From: an uncultured Acidobacteriaceae bacterium
Lineage (GTDB): Bacteria > Acidobacteriota > Terriglobia > Terriglobales > Acidobacteriaceae
Length of the DNA stretch: 64,000 nucleotides
NCBI GenBank assembly: GCA_963830635.1
Contig: CAWHMN010000003.1
Span: 46,190-110,189, forward strand
Direction of reading: 5' to 3'
Below the pieces are notes generated by a model. It saw only the letters and a program-made list of their open reading frames with translations. It had not been told where the DNA came from and did not search any database. The position numbers were made by a program, and so were the translations under genes. Numbering within the stretch: the stretch's first letter is position 1; the number at the start of each line of letters is the position of its first letter. Below, piece after piece: positions 36,265-45,322 of the stretch.

Positions 36265-37719
36265 ATGCACCAGGAGGCGCTACTGCCCACTGCCGACGAG
36301 CGGGCTGAGCTCTGGAGCGAGCTGATCGCTCTGGTCGAAGCCTACATCGTCGAGGTCGAGACGCTTCCCGTTGCGCCGCCCCTCGATCAGAATGCGATGC
36401 GCCGCATCCTGCAGTCGTTCTCCTTCGATGAGCCGGGCGGACGGGTGGACGTGTTGCGACGGTTCACCGGAGAGATGACCGCGAATCAGGTGCACACGCC
36501 GCATCCCTGCTACTTCGGCCTGTTCAATCCTGCACCTGCGTTCATGGGGGTGATGGGCGACGCCGTTGCGGCCGCCCTGAACCCTCAGCTTGCCGCATGG
36601 AGCCATAGTCCGCTCGCTGTGGAGACCGAACGCTACCTGGTGCACGCGTTCGCGGAGAGGTTTGGTCTCGGGAGGGGCGCCGATGGCGTGTTCACCAGCG
36701 GTGGAGCAGAAGCGAACCAGACCGCGCTGGTGTGCGCGCTACACCATCGCTGGCCGGCGATGGCGAAGGAAGGTATAAGTGCGGCACCGCGGCACCCGGT
36801 CTTCTATGCGTCGGCGGAGAGCCACCATTCGTTTCTCAAGGCTGCCCGGGTAGCTGGCCTGGGCGAGCGCGCGCTGCGCACCGTGCCGGTGAATGCAGAT
36901 CTGCGCATGGATACATCGGCTCTGCGTGCGATGCTGCAGGAAGACCGCGAGGCAGGACGGGAGCCGTTCCTGCTGGTCGCGACAGCCGGCACTACGGGCG
37001 CCGGCGTCATCGATCCGTTGGCGGAACTCGCAACAATTGCACAAGAGCAGGGTCTCTGGCTGCACGTGGATGCTGCCTGGGGTGGCGCGGCGATGCTGGT
37101 GCCTGAGCTGCGGGCCCACTTCGACGGCATCCAGCAGGCGGGCTCGATCACGTTCGATCCACACAAATACCTCTCCGTACCTATGGGTGCGGGCATGTTC
37201 CTCACCCGGCATGCGTCGATACTGTCCGATGTCTTTGCCGTGCACACCGCGTACATGCCCAGGGAAGCGCAGCGGCTCGCCATCGTCGATCCCTACGAAC
37301 ACTCGTTGCAGTGGTCGCGGCGATTCGCCGGACTGAAGCTCTTCCTGTCGCTCGCGACTGCCGGATGGCAAGGGTATGAAGGCGTGTTGCGGCATCAGGC
37401 GCGGATGGGCGACCTTCTCCGTGAGCGGCTGGAGCAGGAGGGATGGAGGATTGTGAACCGGACGCCTCTGCCCTTGGTGTGCTTCACGCCTGCGGACGAA
37501 CACTGGGATATGGCTGCACACCAGCGCGCTGCCGATGCAGTCACGGCATCGGGCCGGGCGTGGATCTCGACCATCTTGCTCAAGGACGAGATCCCCGCGC
37601 TGCGTGCCTGCATCACCAACTACCGCACAGAACCGCGGCATATCGAAATCCTGATCGAAACGCTGCGGCAGGCAAGAGACTCGAAGGCGTCAGCAGAATC
37701 TGTCACCCGCCGGAACTAA
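36265..37719 (+). CDS. Group II pyridoxal-phosphate-dependent decarboxylase
   Basis: SGGAEANQTAL and the PLP-lysine motif ITFDPHKYLSVPMGAGMF. I preferred ATG 36265 (GGGAGA 7 nt upstream); the alternative is ATG 36247. Confidence 0.8.
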   Translation: MHQEALLPTADERAELWSELIALVEAYIVEVETLPVAPPLDQNAMRRILQSFSFDEPGGRVDVLRRFTGEMTANQVHTPHPCYFGLFNPAPAFMGVMGDAVAAALNPQLAAWSHSPLAVETERYLVHAFAERFGLGRGADGVFTSGGAEANQTALVCALHHRWPAMAKEGISAAPRHPVFYASAESHHSFLKAARVAGLGERALRTVPVNADLRMDTSALRAMLQEDREAGREPFLLVATAGTTGAGVIDPLAELATIAQEQGLWLHVDAAWGGAAMLVPELRAHFDGIQQAGSITFDPHKYLSVPMGAGMFLTRHASILSDVFAVHTAYMPREAQRLAIVDPYEHSLQWSRRFAGLKLFLSLATAGWQGYEGVLRHQARMGDLLRERLEQEGWRIVNRTPLPLVCFTPADEHWDMAAHQRAADAVTASGRAWISTILLKDEIPALRACITNYRTEPRHIEILIETLRQARDSKASAESVTRRN

Positions 37720-38417
37720 GTCCGCGGCGAATCTCCCGCGAGCAGGTATTCGAGAGAGCGAACGCACCAGGTGGGCGACTCGGCTCGAAGCTCGGCTTCT
37801 CCGAAGATGCCGGTCGCCACGGCGATCACATCCAGCCCATTCTCCCGCGCTGCCTGGATATCGGACGGGGTGTCGCCGACCACACAGATGCTCGCGCTGG
37901 GCGCTGTCCGCCTCTTTGCCTGCTCTACCGCGGCGCGGAAGATATCGTGACGGTATTCGTAACGGTCGCTGAACGCTCCGAAATGGAAGAGGCCGCGCAA
38001 CCCGCTTCGCTCGAGCTTCAACCAGCCGATCGCTTCGAGATTGCCGGTCGCAACGCCGAGCACCGCGCCCTTGGCCGCCAGATGCTCCAGCACCGCTGCC
38101 GCTCCCGCAGTTGCCTCGGCTTTCATGTCCGCCTGGGCCGCATGCACGAAGCTGCACATCTCCGTTGCGGCCCGGGCCAGATGCGGCCGCCACCTCTCCT
38201 CCGCCACTGCATGCAATCTGAGCGCATCGCGGAGAATACCTATGTCAGTATTGCCGTGCACTCGCACGCCATCCAGGTTGAGCGGTCTGCCGGCGAGCCC
38301 GGTCAAAGCCTGACAGAACGCGAAGTAGTGCACCGCATCGCGGCAGTTCAGCAGCGTGCCGTCGATATCGAACAGATAGGCGTCATATTCGTCCCACTTC
38401 CGCGTTCCGTTCAGCAT
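37716..38417 (-). CDS. HAD-superfamily hydrolase (phosphatase, PGP/beta-PGM-like)
   Basis: Motif I YLFDIDGTLL and a late motif VVGDTPSDIQAA. The convergent stop codons overlap (CTAA at 37716-37719). I set the start at ATG 38417 (the alternative is 38429), overlapping the upstream GT9 stop. Confidence 0.75.
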   Translation of the reverse strand: MLNGTRKWDEYDAYLFDIDGTLLNCRDAVHYFAFCQALTGLAGRPLNLDGVRVHGNTDIGILRDALRLHAVAEERWRPHLARAATEMCSFVHAAQADMKAEATAGAAAVLEHLAAKGAVLGVATGNLEAIGWLKLERSGLRGLFHFGAFSDRYEYRHDIFRAAVEQAKRRTAPSASICVVGDTPSDIQAARENGLDVIAVATGIFGEAELRAESPTWCVRSLEYLLAGDSPRT

Positions 38418-39502
38418 GCCGCCCCGCATACCGTATCCAACTGCCGTTCTACTGCGTGGATCACGTCCTCCCATGCTCCTACTCGCCGCTGACGGAAGAT
38501 GCGCATGGTCGGATACCAGGGCGAGTCCGCGCGATCGATCATCCAACGCCAGTCGGCCGCGTACTGCAGCAACAGCCAGACCGGCTTCCCCATCGCGCCG
38601 GCCAGGTGGGCTGCCATGGTATCGACGGTGATGACGAGATCCAGATGCTCCATGACGGCGGCCAGGGTCAGCAAGCCGTCACCGTAATCGGATGCGTCGT
38701 GAAGGCGATATCGCTCGCGTATCTGCGTCCACGCCACGTTATCCTCCGCTCCCTGCAGGCTGTAGAAGCTGGCGTCTGTACGGACGAGGAGGGGCTCCAG
38801 CAGCGGTAGGGGAATCACTCGCGATCGATTCCACTGGTCGCATCCCCACACCAGGCCGATGCGCGGGCGCGGGTTCCTCTGTGCCATCGCTCGGCCGATG
38901 GTTGCAGCCAATCTTCGCGGCGCAGTGATGTATGGACATGCGCGCGGAATGGTCGCAGCCTGGGTGCGGAAGATATAAGGGAGTTCAGTGATCTCCGCCT
39001 CTATATCCGCCCCAGACACAGCATCCCAGCATGCCGGCTCCTGCCCCCACGGCATAATTTTGACACTCGGCTCGTCCATGCCCGCAGCACAGCGCAACAG
39101 GTCCACCAGCCTGGGCGACACCTGCAGCATCAACGCAGCGGCGTCTTTGCGAATGCATGGAGCGTAGCGGATGCACTGGATCGCGTCTCCGAAGCCATGC
39201 AGGCTCCGCACCAGCACACGTTTGCCGGTGAAGCTCGATCCGTTCCACAGCCGATGCGGATCCGGCGCGCCGCGCCTGCGAATCGCGTCGCTTTCCTGCC
39301 ACGCACGCTCCATCTCGCCAAGCAGCATCCAGCATAACCATCGGCTGCCCGCGCAGCGGTCTGGATCCGCACCGGCGGCTTCCGCCACGCCGAGCGCATG
39401 CAGGCAATTTTCGACCTCGCGCGCCGCAAGCAATGCCTCTGCATGCTCCAATAGCGCATCTGCGTGATGTTCATCCGTCGCGCGCGTAGCGTTTCCCCTC
39501 AC
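38411..39502 (-). CDS. Glycosyltransferase family 9-like protein (heptosyltransferase fold) with helical N-terminal region
   Basis: VLVRSLHGFGDAIQCIRYAP, RIGLVWGCDQWN and LVITVDTMAAHLAGAMGKPVWLLL are GT9-type motifs. Confidence 0.7.
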   Translation of the reverse strand: MRGNATRATDEHHADALLEHAEALLAAREVENCLHALGVAEAAGADPDRCAGSRWLCWMLLGEMERAWQESDAIRRRGAPDPHRLWNGSSFTGKRVLVRSLHGFGDAIQCIRYAPCIRKDAAALMLQVSPRLVDLLRCAAGMDEPSVKIMPWGQEPACWDAVSGADIEAEITELPYIFRTQAATIPRACPYITAPRRLAATIGRAMAQRNPRPRIGLVWGCDQWNRSRVIPLPLLEPLLVRTDASFYSLQGAEDNVAWTQIRERYRLHDASDYGDGLLTLAAVMEHLDLVITVDTMAAHLAGAMGKPVWLLLQYAADWRWMIDRADSPWYPTMRIFRQRRVGAWEDVIHAVERQLDTVCGAAC

Positions 39503-39644
39503 AACGATGGATGCTTGCCGCTGGCCGCGAAGCTACAGGTAGCATCGCAGGCACGTGTTTGGGTACAACCGCGCAAATCCTGCATCTTACCGTGTACTTG
39601 ACACACTTCGCCCCATGGGGACGCATTCGACGGAGGGAAAGACC

Positions 39645-39803
39645 ATGAGAGGTATTCTCGTTGGACTGGCTGTGCTGCTGCTGATTGCATGGATTCTTGG
39701 CTTCGCTGTCTTCCACGTAGCCGGCTTTCTCATCCACCTGCTGCTGATCATCGCGATCATCGTGTTCATCGTGCAGTTCTTCACTGGGCGATCCGCGCCG
39801 TAA
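39645..39803 (+). CDS. Small membrane protein (52 aa, lmo0937-like two-helix protein)
   Basis: MRGILVGLAVLLLIAWILGFAVFHVAGFLIHLLLIIAIIVFIVQFFTGR. GGAGGG lies 7 nt upstream of ATG 39645. Confidence 0.65.
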   Translation: MRGILVGLAVLLLIAWILGFAVFHVAGFLIHLLLIIAIIVFIVQFFTGRSAP

Positions 39804-39840
39804 AGGCGCAGCGGAGGGCCGCTCGTCGAAACCACGTTGC

Positions 39841-39885
39841 CGGAAGAAGAGAGAGGCGGGTCAGTCGACACCGCCTCTTCTTCGG
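39841..39885. terminator. Bidirectional stem-loop between convergent genes
   Basis: ccggaagaagagagaggcgg ... ccgcctcttcttcgg forms a stem of about 13 bp with a bulge. It sits between the small membrane protein gene and apt. Confidence 0.5.
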
Positions 39886-39894
39886 TCGAACGTG

Positions 39895-40437
39895 TTATTC
39901 GTCGTAGTGCAGCAGGCTGAATACGTCGAACCCGGAGAAGCGTTCGCGTCCCTTCAGGAAGTCCAGTTCCACGGCAAAACCCAGCCCCGCGATGCGGCCA
40001 CCCAGTTGCCGCACCAGCTTGATAGTGGCTTCCATCGTGCCGCCGGTCGCGAGCAGGTCATCGACGATGATGACATTCTGCCCTGGCTCTACCGCATCCA
40101 GATGGATCTCGAGCGAATCGGAGCCGTATTCCAGGTCATAGGTGACTTTGGCAGTCTGGGCGGGTAGCTTCTTCGGCTTGCGCACCGGCACAAACCCGGC
40201 GTTGAGACGATAGGCGAGCGCCGGCCCGAAGATGAACCCCCGGGCCTCGATGGCCAGCACCAGGTCTATATCGCGCTCCATATAGTGCGCTGCCAGCGCA
40301 TCGATCAGGGTGGCGAAGCCAATGCGGTCCTTGAGCAGCGTGGTGATGTCATAGAACAGGATCCCCGGCTTGGGAAAGTCGGGTACAGTGCGTACCAGCC
40401 GTTTCAGCGGCTCACAGTTAATGGGCTCCATGGTCAT
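39895..40437 (-). CDS. apt: Adenine phosphoribosyltransferase
   Basis: [18 protein letters not shown] and the PRPP motif [14 protein letters not shown] set the start at ATG 40437 ([12 protein letters not shown]); the track extension to 40671 overlaps acyP. Confidence 0.9.
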   Translation of the reverse strand: MTMEPINCEPLKRLVRTVPDFPKPGILFYDITTLLKDRIGFATLIDALAAHYMERDIDLVLAIEARGFIFGPALAYRLNAGFVPVRKPKKLPAQTAKVTYDLEYGSDSLEIHLDAVEPGQNVIIVDDLLATGGTMEATIKLVRQLGGRIAGLGFAVELDFLKGRERFSGFDVFSLLHYDE

Positions 40438-40444
40438 GTTCGGT

Positions 40445-40729
40445 TCACCAGGCTCCTTCAATTTCAAATGATCCAAGCGCCGCGGCCTCGCTGTCGGCCA
40501 GGTCGCGTTGATCGATGGCGTCCACGCGGCTGCCGCGTGAGCCGCGCTGCAGGGCCTTGCGCAGCTCGGCCAGGTCCTCTTCCGGGCCGGAGGCAACCAC
40601 TTCGACGTGGCCGCTCTCAGTGTTGCGCACCGAGCCGTGCAATCCCAGCGCCGCGGCCTCGCGATGCACAAACCAGCGAAAGCCCACTCCCTGCACGCGG
40701 CCTTTAACGAGATAGTAGCGAACGGGCAT
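40445..40729 (-). CDS. acyP: Acylphosphatase
   Basis: [14 protein letters not shown] signature; 94 aa. Confidence 0.85.
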   Translation of the reverse strand: MPVRYYLVKGRVQGVGFRWFVHREAAALGLHGSVRNTESGHVEVVASGPEEDLAELRKALQRGSRGSRVDAIDQRDLADSEAAALGSFEIEGAW

Positions 40730-40732
40730 GGG

Positions 40733-41293
40733 TCAAGCCCGGCTCAGGTATGCGCCCTCGGCGGTATCTACGCGGATCTTCTCGCCTTCATTAATGAAGG
40801 GAGGCACCTGCACCACCAGACCGGTCTCGAGCGTCGCCGGCTTGGTGACGGAGGAGGCGGTAGCGGACTTGAGTCCCGGCTCCGTCTGTACCACTGTCAT
40901 CTCGATGGTCTGAGGCAGCTCAATGCCTACCGCCACATCGTTGAAGAAGGAGACGCGGATCTGCAGGTTGGGAATCAGGTACTCCACGGAATCTCCCAGC
41001 GTGTCGTGCTTGAGCACCGTCTGCTCATAGTTCTCGGTATTCATGAAGTAGTAGTCGTCGCCATCGGAGTAGAGGAAATCCATCGGGATCTCGTCCACCA
41101 CCACGCGATCGATGGGGTCCGGCGAGCGGAAGCGGTGCTCGAACATGGCGCCGGTGCGCAGGTTGCGCAGCTTGGCCTGGATGAAGGCACGCAGGTTTCC
41201 CGGAGTGCGGTGCTCCACGCTGAAGACGGCGTGGAGTTCGTTGTTGTGCTTGATAATCATGCCCGGACGCATCTGGGTGGCGGGAATCGCCAT
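40733..41293 (-). CDS. efp: Elongation factor P (atypical loop tip PGNLRAF)
   Basis: At 186 aa, it follows an EF-P/EfpL-type sequence pattern throughout (KOW-like N-domain, then two OB-like domains). Confidence 0.85.
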   Translation of the reverse strand: MAIPATQMRPGMIIKHNNELHAVFSVEHRTPGNLRAFIQAKLRNLRTGAMFEHRFRSPDPIDRVVVDEIPMDFLYSDGDDYYFMNTENYEQTVLKHDTLGDSVEYLIPNLQIRVSFFNDVAVGIELPQTIEMTVVQTEPGLKSATASSVTKPATLETGLVVQVPPFINEGEKIRVDTAEGAYLSRA

Positions 41294-41498
41294 AGAGAAA
41301 GCTCCTTACGCGGTTTGATGCGAAGATGGCGGCCAAACGGCCGCGCAGAGAGGGGTCATGCCGACCCACAACCAAAGTTGAATTGTAGCGCAGCGAACAA
41401 GCTGCTACCGTCTCCCTCAAACCGGGCTGCCGACCGGCAATGCCGGCGGCAGGGTGCAGAGCGGCCAGAGACACCAGCGAGGCGAGAGAACATTGACC

Positions 41499-43289
41499 AT
41501 GATGAACCGGCGGGAGTTTCTAGGTCAGGCACTCGCGTGCTCCGCGGCGGCCGGCCTCGCTGCCGCATGGCCGCGCTCCGTTGCGGCATCCATTCCGGCC
41601 AGCAGCCGGCCGGCAGGCACCGCGCACCGCGCCTCCGTGGTGGACTTCGGCGCTGACCCCACAGGCGTGCGCGATGTAACCGATGCCGTCGATCGCGCCA
41701 TTGCGTCACTGGCGCTCCACGAGGCGCGCCTCGTCTTTCCGCCGGGCAGGTACAACTTCGCCGCCTCTGATAACTGCGCCATGTCCTTCCGCAACTACAA
41801 CGGCCTGGAAGTCTTCGGCAACGGCGCGGAGTTGATCTTTAACGGCAACACGCGGCCCTTCCTGCTGAGCGCCTGCCGCGACGTGGAGATCCACGATATC
41901 AAGATCGATTGGGCACGGCCGCCGTTTTCGCAGGGAACCGTAGCGGCTGTCGCGCAAGGGAATCCGCCGTCGTTCACCGTAGTGCTCGACCCCGAGTTTC
42001 CGGCGGAGGGAGTAGAGGCGGTCGAGTCCCTGACCGAGTATGACGCCAGGACCGGCCTTCCCGCGGCGAGTGGGCTGGATGAGACCGGCGTCATCCGCTC
42101 CGTACGTCTGTCGGCTCCGCAGACGCTGATGCTGGAGTGCTCCCGGCCGATGGCGGTGAAGCCGGGCATGCGTCTCGTCCTGCGGCATCGCATTACACCC
42201 GATGCGTGCATCTATCTCGAGGCGTGCAATACCGTCCTGCTTGAGAGCGTGGCCATCTTTGCCGGCCCGGGCAACGGTGCTGTGCTGCACGGCTGCCGCG
42301 ATGTCTCGCTTGAAGACTTCAGCGTGACGCCCCGGCCGCAGTCCAAACGCTGGCTCTCACTGTGTGGCCGTGGCGTGCAGATGGTGGGCTGCGAGGGCGC
42401 TGTCGCCATCAAGCGCAGTCAATTCAAAGGCACCGGGGAGGACGCATTGCGCATCTTCCAGCCCTACTGGAAGATCGGCAGCCGCGTGGATGAGACCACG
42501 GTGATTCTAGAAGGGGCAGGGAAGCAGGCGCTGCCGCTGTGGCAACTTCCCTCGGACGGCACGATCCTGCAACTCACGGATGCCGCCAACCTCAGCCTGC
42601 TGGGCGAGATCGCCGTCGCTTCCTGCGAGAACACGCCCGCAGGCACCAGGCTTTCCTTTACCGAGACGCTCTCGCCGGTCATCAAGCCCGGAACGCTGGT
42701 ATGCAGCGTGCTGAAGCAGGCGCGCGCCACCATCGACCATTGCAGCTTTGCCGGCAACCGCGGCAAGGGCGTGGTGGCCCACGCTCGTACCCGCATCGTG
42801 AACAGCCGCTTTCATGGCTGCTCCGGCGCGGCCATCCAGTTCGCCGCCGATCCGGTAGCCATGGCCGGCCCGGTGGTGCAGAGCGTCAGCGTCACTGACT
42901 CCAGCTTCGACCTTTGCAACTACGGCGCTCCGGATGGGCGCCGTGGCGCCATCACGGTGGGCAACGCGCAAAACACGCCGATGGCCGGCGTGCCGGCGCA
43001 GCGCATCAATCAGGGCGTGACGCTGAGCCGCAACCTCATCGCCAACGTGACCGGGCCGGCCATCGATTGCGCCGACGCCTCATGGCTCACCATCGAGGGC
43101 AACACCTTCGGCCGCTGCGATGGGGCGGCGCGTTCCGGCGACAAGCCCCGCGCCATCGTGCTGCGCAACGTCGCCCAGTCGCAGATCGACGGCAATCAGT
43201 CCAAGCTGCCGCAGCAGATCGTGCTGATCGGCTGCGCGGACACCGCAGTCGCCGTGAATAACGCACCCATGGTCGCGGTGAAAGCGTAG
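41499..43289 (+). CDS. Tat-signal right-handed parallel beta-helix protein (pectate-lyase-superfamily / GH28-like)
   Basis: Twin-arginine signal MMNRREFLGQALACSAAAG. VVDFGADPTGVRDVTDAVDRAI is typical of the pectate-lyase-3 N-terminus. Repetitive beta-helix-like segments follow. Confidence 0.65.
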   Translation: MMNRREFLGQALACSAAAGLAAAWPRSVAASIPASSRPAGTAHRASVVDFGADPTGVRDVTDAVDRAIASLALHEARLVFPPGRYNFAASDNCAMSFRNYNGLEVFGNGAELIFNGNTRPFLLSACRDVEIHDIKIDWARPPFSQGTVAAVAQGNPPSFTVVLDPEFPAEGVEAVESLTEYDARTGLPAASGLDETGVIRSVRLSAPQTLMLECSRPMAVKPGMRLVLRHRITPDACIYLEACNTVLLESVAIFAGPGNGAVLHGCRDVSLEDFSVTPRPQSKRWLSLCGRGVQMVGCEGAVAIKRSQFKGTGEDALRIFQPYWKIGSRVDETTVILEGAGKQALPLWQLPSDGTILQLTDAANLSLLGEIAVASCENTPAGTRLSFTETLSPVIKPGTLVCSVLKQARATIDHCSFAGNRGKGVVAHARTRIVNSRFHGCSGAAIQFAADPVAMAGPVVQSVSVTDSSFDLCNYGAPDGRRGAITVGNAQNTPMAGVPAQRINQGVTLSRNLIANVTGPAIDCADASWLTIEGNTFGRCDGAARSGDKPRAIVLRNVAQSQIDGNQSKLPQQIVLIGCADTAVAVNNAPMVAVKA

Positions 43290-43360
43290 GCCCGCGCGGA
43301 AGACTGAGCCCCGTACTTGCTGGAGTCGACCCGGCCAGGATTGCGGAGCCAGGTTTCGCG

Positions 43361-44455
43361 CTACTCCGCGCCGAACACCTTCGAGAAGAAATGACCCATG
43401 CCGCGGCCCACGCGATGCAAGAAGCCGGGGTTTGAAGCCGCCTTCTTTGCTGGGAGGGGCGCGGGCTGCGTAACGGTGGACGTGGGCGCGGGTGCGGTGG
43501 ATGAACTGGCTGCGCCTGTCTGTCTCGAACTGGCCGGCACAGGAGGCGCACTCACAACCGCAGGCGCATCGCCGTGGTAGACGAACGGCACCGTGACCTG
43601 GGCGTGCACCTCACCCGGAGCTGCCACTGGCGTCGTCGGTGGTCCCGGAGCCGGGGCCAGCCCTTCGCTCACGCTCAAGGGAAACTCCGTATCCGCCGGC
43701 GTGGACGACGGGCCACCCACTGCCTTCCCGGGGGTCGCCGCCGCCTGCGCCACATTGATCGGCGCTGTGGGCGGGCAGCCGCACGGCTCCTGCTCGGTAT
43801 CCACCACGCTGCGCAGGCTGCCGTGTTCGAAGCTGACGTGCTGGTTGGGCAGCACGCGATAGATGCCGCCCTCCAATTGGCTGCTGACGGTGATGTACGG
43901 CGCGTGCTCCCCGTGGTTGTTCACGCAGGTGTCGCCATTGTTGCTGACGCGGATGCTCAGGTCCGCCGTTCCCGGTCCAGAGATCAGGATGCGCAGGTCC
44001 GGCGTCAGCAGCACATCGGAGTACTTGCCCACCACGTAGTTTGCTTCGATCGCCCCGCGGTCCAGCCCCATCATCAGCGCGGTGGAATCGGGCGCATCGA
44101 TGGTCCGGTCGTGCGCCAGGTGCACGCTGGTGGTGGAGCACAGACGCAGCGCCCCGCCGCGCGTCAGCGCGATCTTTACCGGCTGGTCTCCGGCGGTCAC
44201 AATGCTGCCGTTGCCTAGCTCCATCTGCCCGTTGCGCACGTCCACTGCGCCGGACACCTGCACCTCCCGTGCGTCAGTGTGGCCGATGGGCGTGGCCGGG
44301 CTGGCGGCGAGTGCCGAGGCGGGCGCTGCAGTTTGAGCGACGGAGCACGCGGGTATGGCGTATCCGGCGATCGACAGCACCAGCCACAACGCCGGCCGCG
44401 GGGGGCAATACAGGCGGTGCGGATGCCGGCACTTCCACGAATTTGGAATGGTCAA
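43361..44455 (-). CDS. Hypothetical secreted protein with Pro/Ala/Thr-rich C-terminal region
   Basis: The ORF is 364 aa with a signal-like segment ALWLVLSIAGYAIPACSVAQ. I see no recognisable catalytic motif. Confidence 0.5.
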   Translation of the reverse strand: MTIPNSWKCRHPHRLYCPPRPALWLVLSIAGYAIPACSVAQTAAPASALAASPATPIGHTDAREVQVSGAVDVRNGQMELGNGSIVTAGDQPVKIALTRGGALRLCSTTSVHLAHDRTIDAPDSTALMMGLDRGAIEANYVVGKYSDVLLTPDLRILISGPGTADLSIRVSNNGDTCVNNHGEHAPYITVSSQLEGGIYRVLPNQHVSFEHGSLRSVVDTEQEPCGCPPTAPINVAQAAATPGKAVGGPSSTPADTEFPLSVSEGLAPAPGPPTTPVAAPGEVHAQVTVPFVYHGDAPAVVSAPPVPASSRQTGAASSSTAPAPTSTVTQPAPLPAKKAASNPGFLHRVGRGMGHFFSKVFGAE

Positions 44456-44504
44456 CCTCAGCGATTATGCTTCCCACTGATATTGTATCGAGACGCACCG
44501 GACT

Positions 44505-44590
44505 GGGCGCAACGGACCGGGCGCAACGGGCCGGGCGCAACGGGCCGGGCACACCAGCCGGGCCAACATCGTCCGGCGCACACCAGCCAC
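44505..44590. repeat. 14-bp tandem repeat (gggcgcaacggRcc), 3 good and about 3 degenerate units
   Basis: The good units are at 44505-18, 44519-32 and 44533-46, and they decay into gggcacaccagcc-type units. The array lies in a divergent intergenic region. Confidence 0.7.
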
Positions 44591-44624
44591 AACAGACCGG
44601 GCGTACATAGGGGAGAACGCGACT

Positions 44625-45281
44625 TTGGCCATGCAGGCGACACACCCTGGCGGCGATTACGTGCAGTTTGGCTGCGGAACCTGCGCCCCCTCCACCTGGC
44701 GGAACTTCGATGCGGGGCCGGCCTTCTGGCTGGAAAGGAACGTGGGCTGGCTCAAGCCGCTGCTGCTGCGGCGCGGCTTTCCGGACTATCCCGCGAACAT
44801 CGTCTACGGCGACGTGATCAAGGGGCTGCCCCTGGCGCCTGGCTCGGCCGCGGCCGTCTACTGCTCCCATGTGCTGGAGCATCTCGCGCTCAACGACCTG
44901 CGCATCACTCTGCGCAATGTCCTCGGCTACCTGCGCCCCGGCGGCCTCTTTCGTTTCGTGCTGCCCGACCTTGAATGGCTGGCCACAAATTACGTGAATG
45001 CCTCCGACCCCGAGGCAGCCAGCCGCTTCATGCGCGACTCTTATCTGGGCACGGAAGATCAGGCGAAGGGTACGGCCGGGCTCATGCGGCTGGTCTTCGG
45101 GCGCAGCGCGCATCTTTGGATGTGGGACTTCAAGAGTCTGTCGGCGGAACTCGAAGCTGCGGGCTTCACCGCCATCCGCCGCGCGCGAATCTTCGATAAT
45201 CCCGATCCACGCTTCCGCGAAGTGGAGGATCCGGGCCGGTGGGAGAACTGCCTGGGTATGGAGTGCCGCCGTCCTGCCTGA
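44625..45281 (+). CDS. Class I SAM-dependent methyltransferase (Methyltransf_11-like)
   Basis: VQFGCGT..., AAAVYCSHVLEHL and LRPGGLFRFVLPD. The start is TTG 44625 or ATG 44631. Confidence 0.65.
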   Translation: MAMQATHPGGDYVQFGCGTCAPSTWRNFDAGPAFWLERNVGWLKPLLLRRGFPDYPANIVYGDVIKGLPLAPGSAAAVYCSHVLEHLALNDLRITLRNVLGYLRPGGLFRFVLPDLEWLATNYVNASDPEAASRFMRDSYLGTEDQAKGTAGLMRLVFGRSAHLWMWDFKSLSAELEAAGFTAIRRARIFDNPDPRFREVEDPGRWENCLGMECRRPA

Positions 45282-45322
45282 AAAAAGAAGGCTCACGAAC
45301 GATGGAGAGACGAGGAAGATTA

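Noticed and set aside
26338-37641. Series of long minus-strand ORFs (26338-27423, 27092-28183, 29280-30290, 30626-31717, 31705-32793, 33275-34230, 34986-36080, 36739-37641) opposite the sugar cassette
   Set aside because: Each lies antisense to a plus-strand gene with recognisable family motifs (SDR, radical SAM, GT4, PLP-lysine). The translations are Arg/Gly/His-rich, and none has a start context or motif of its own.
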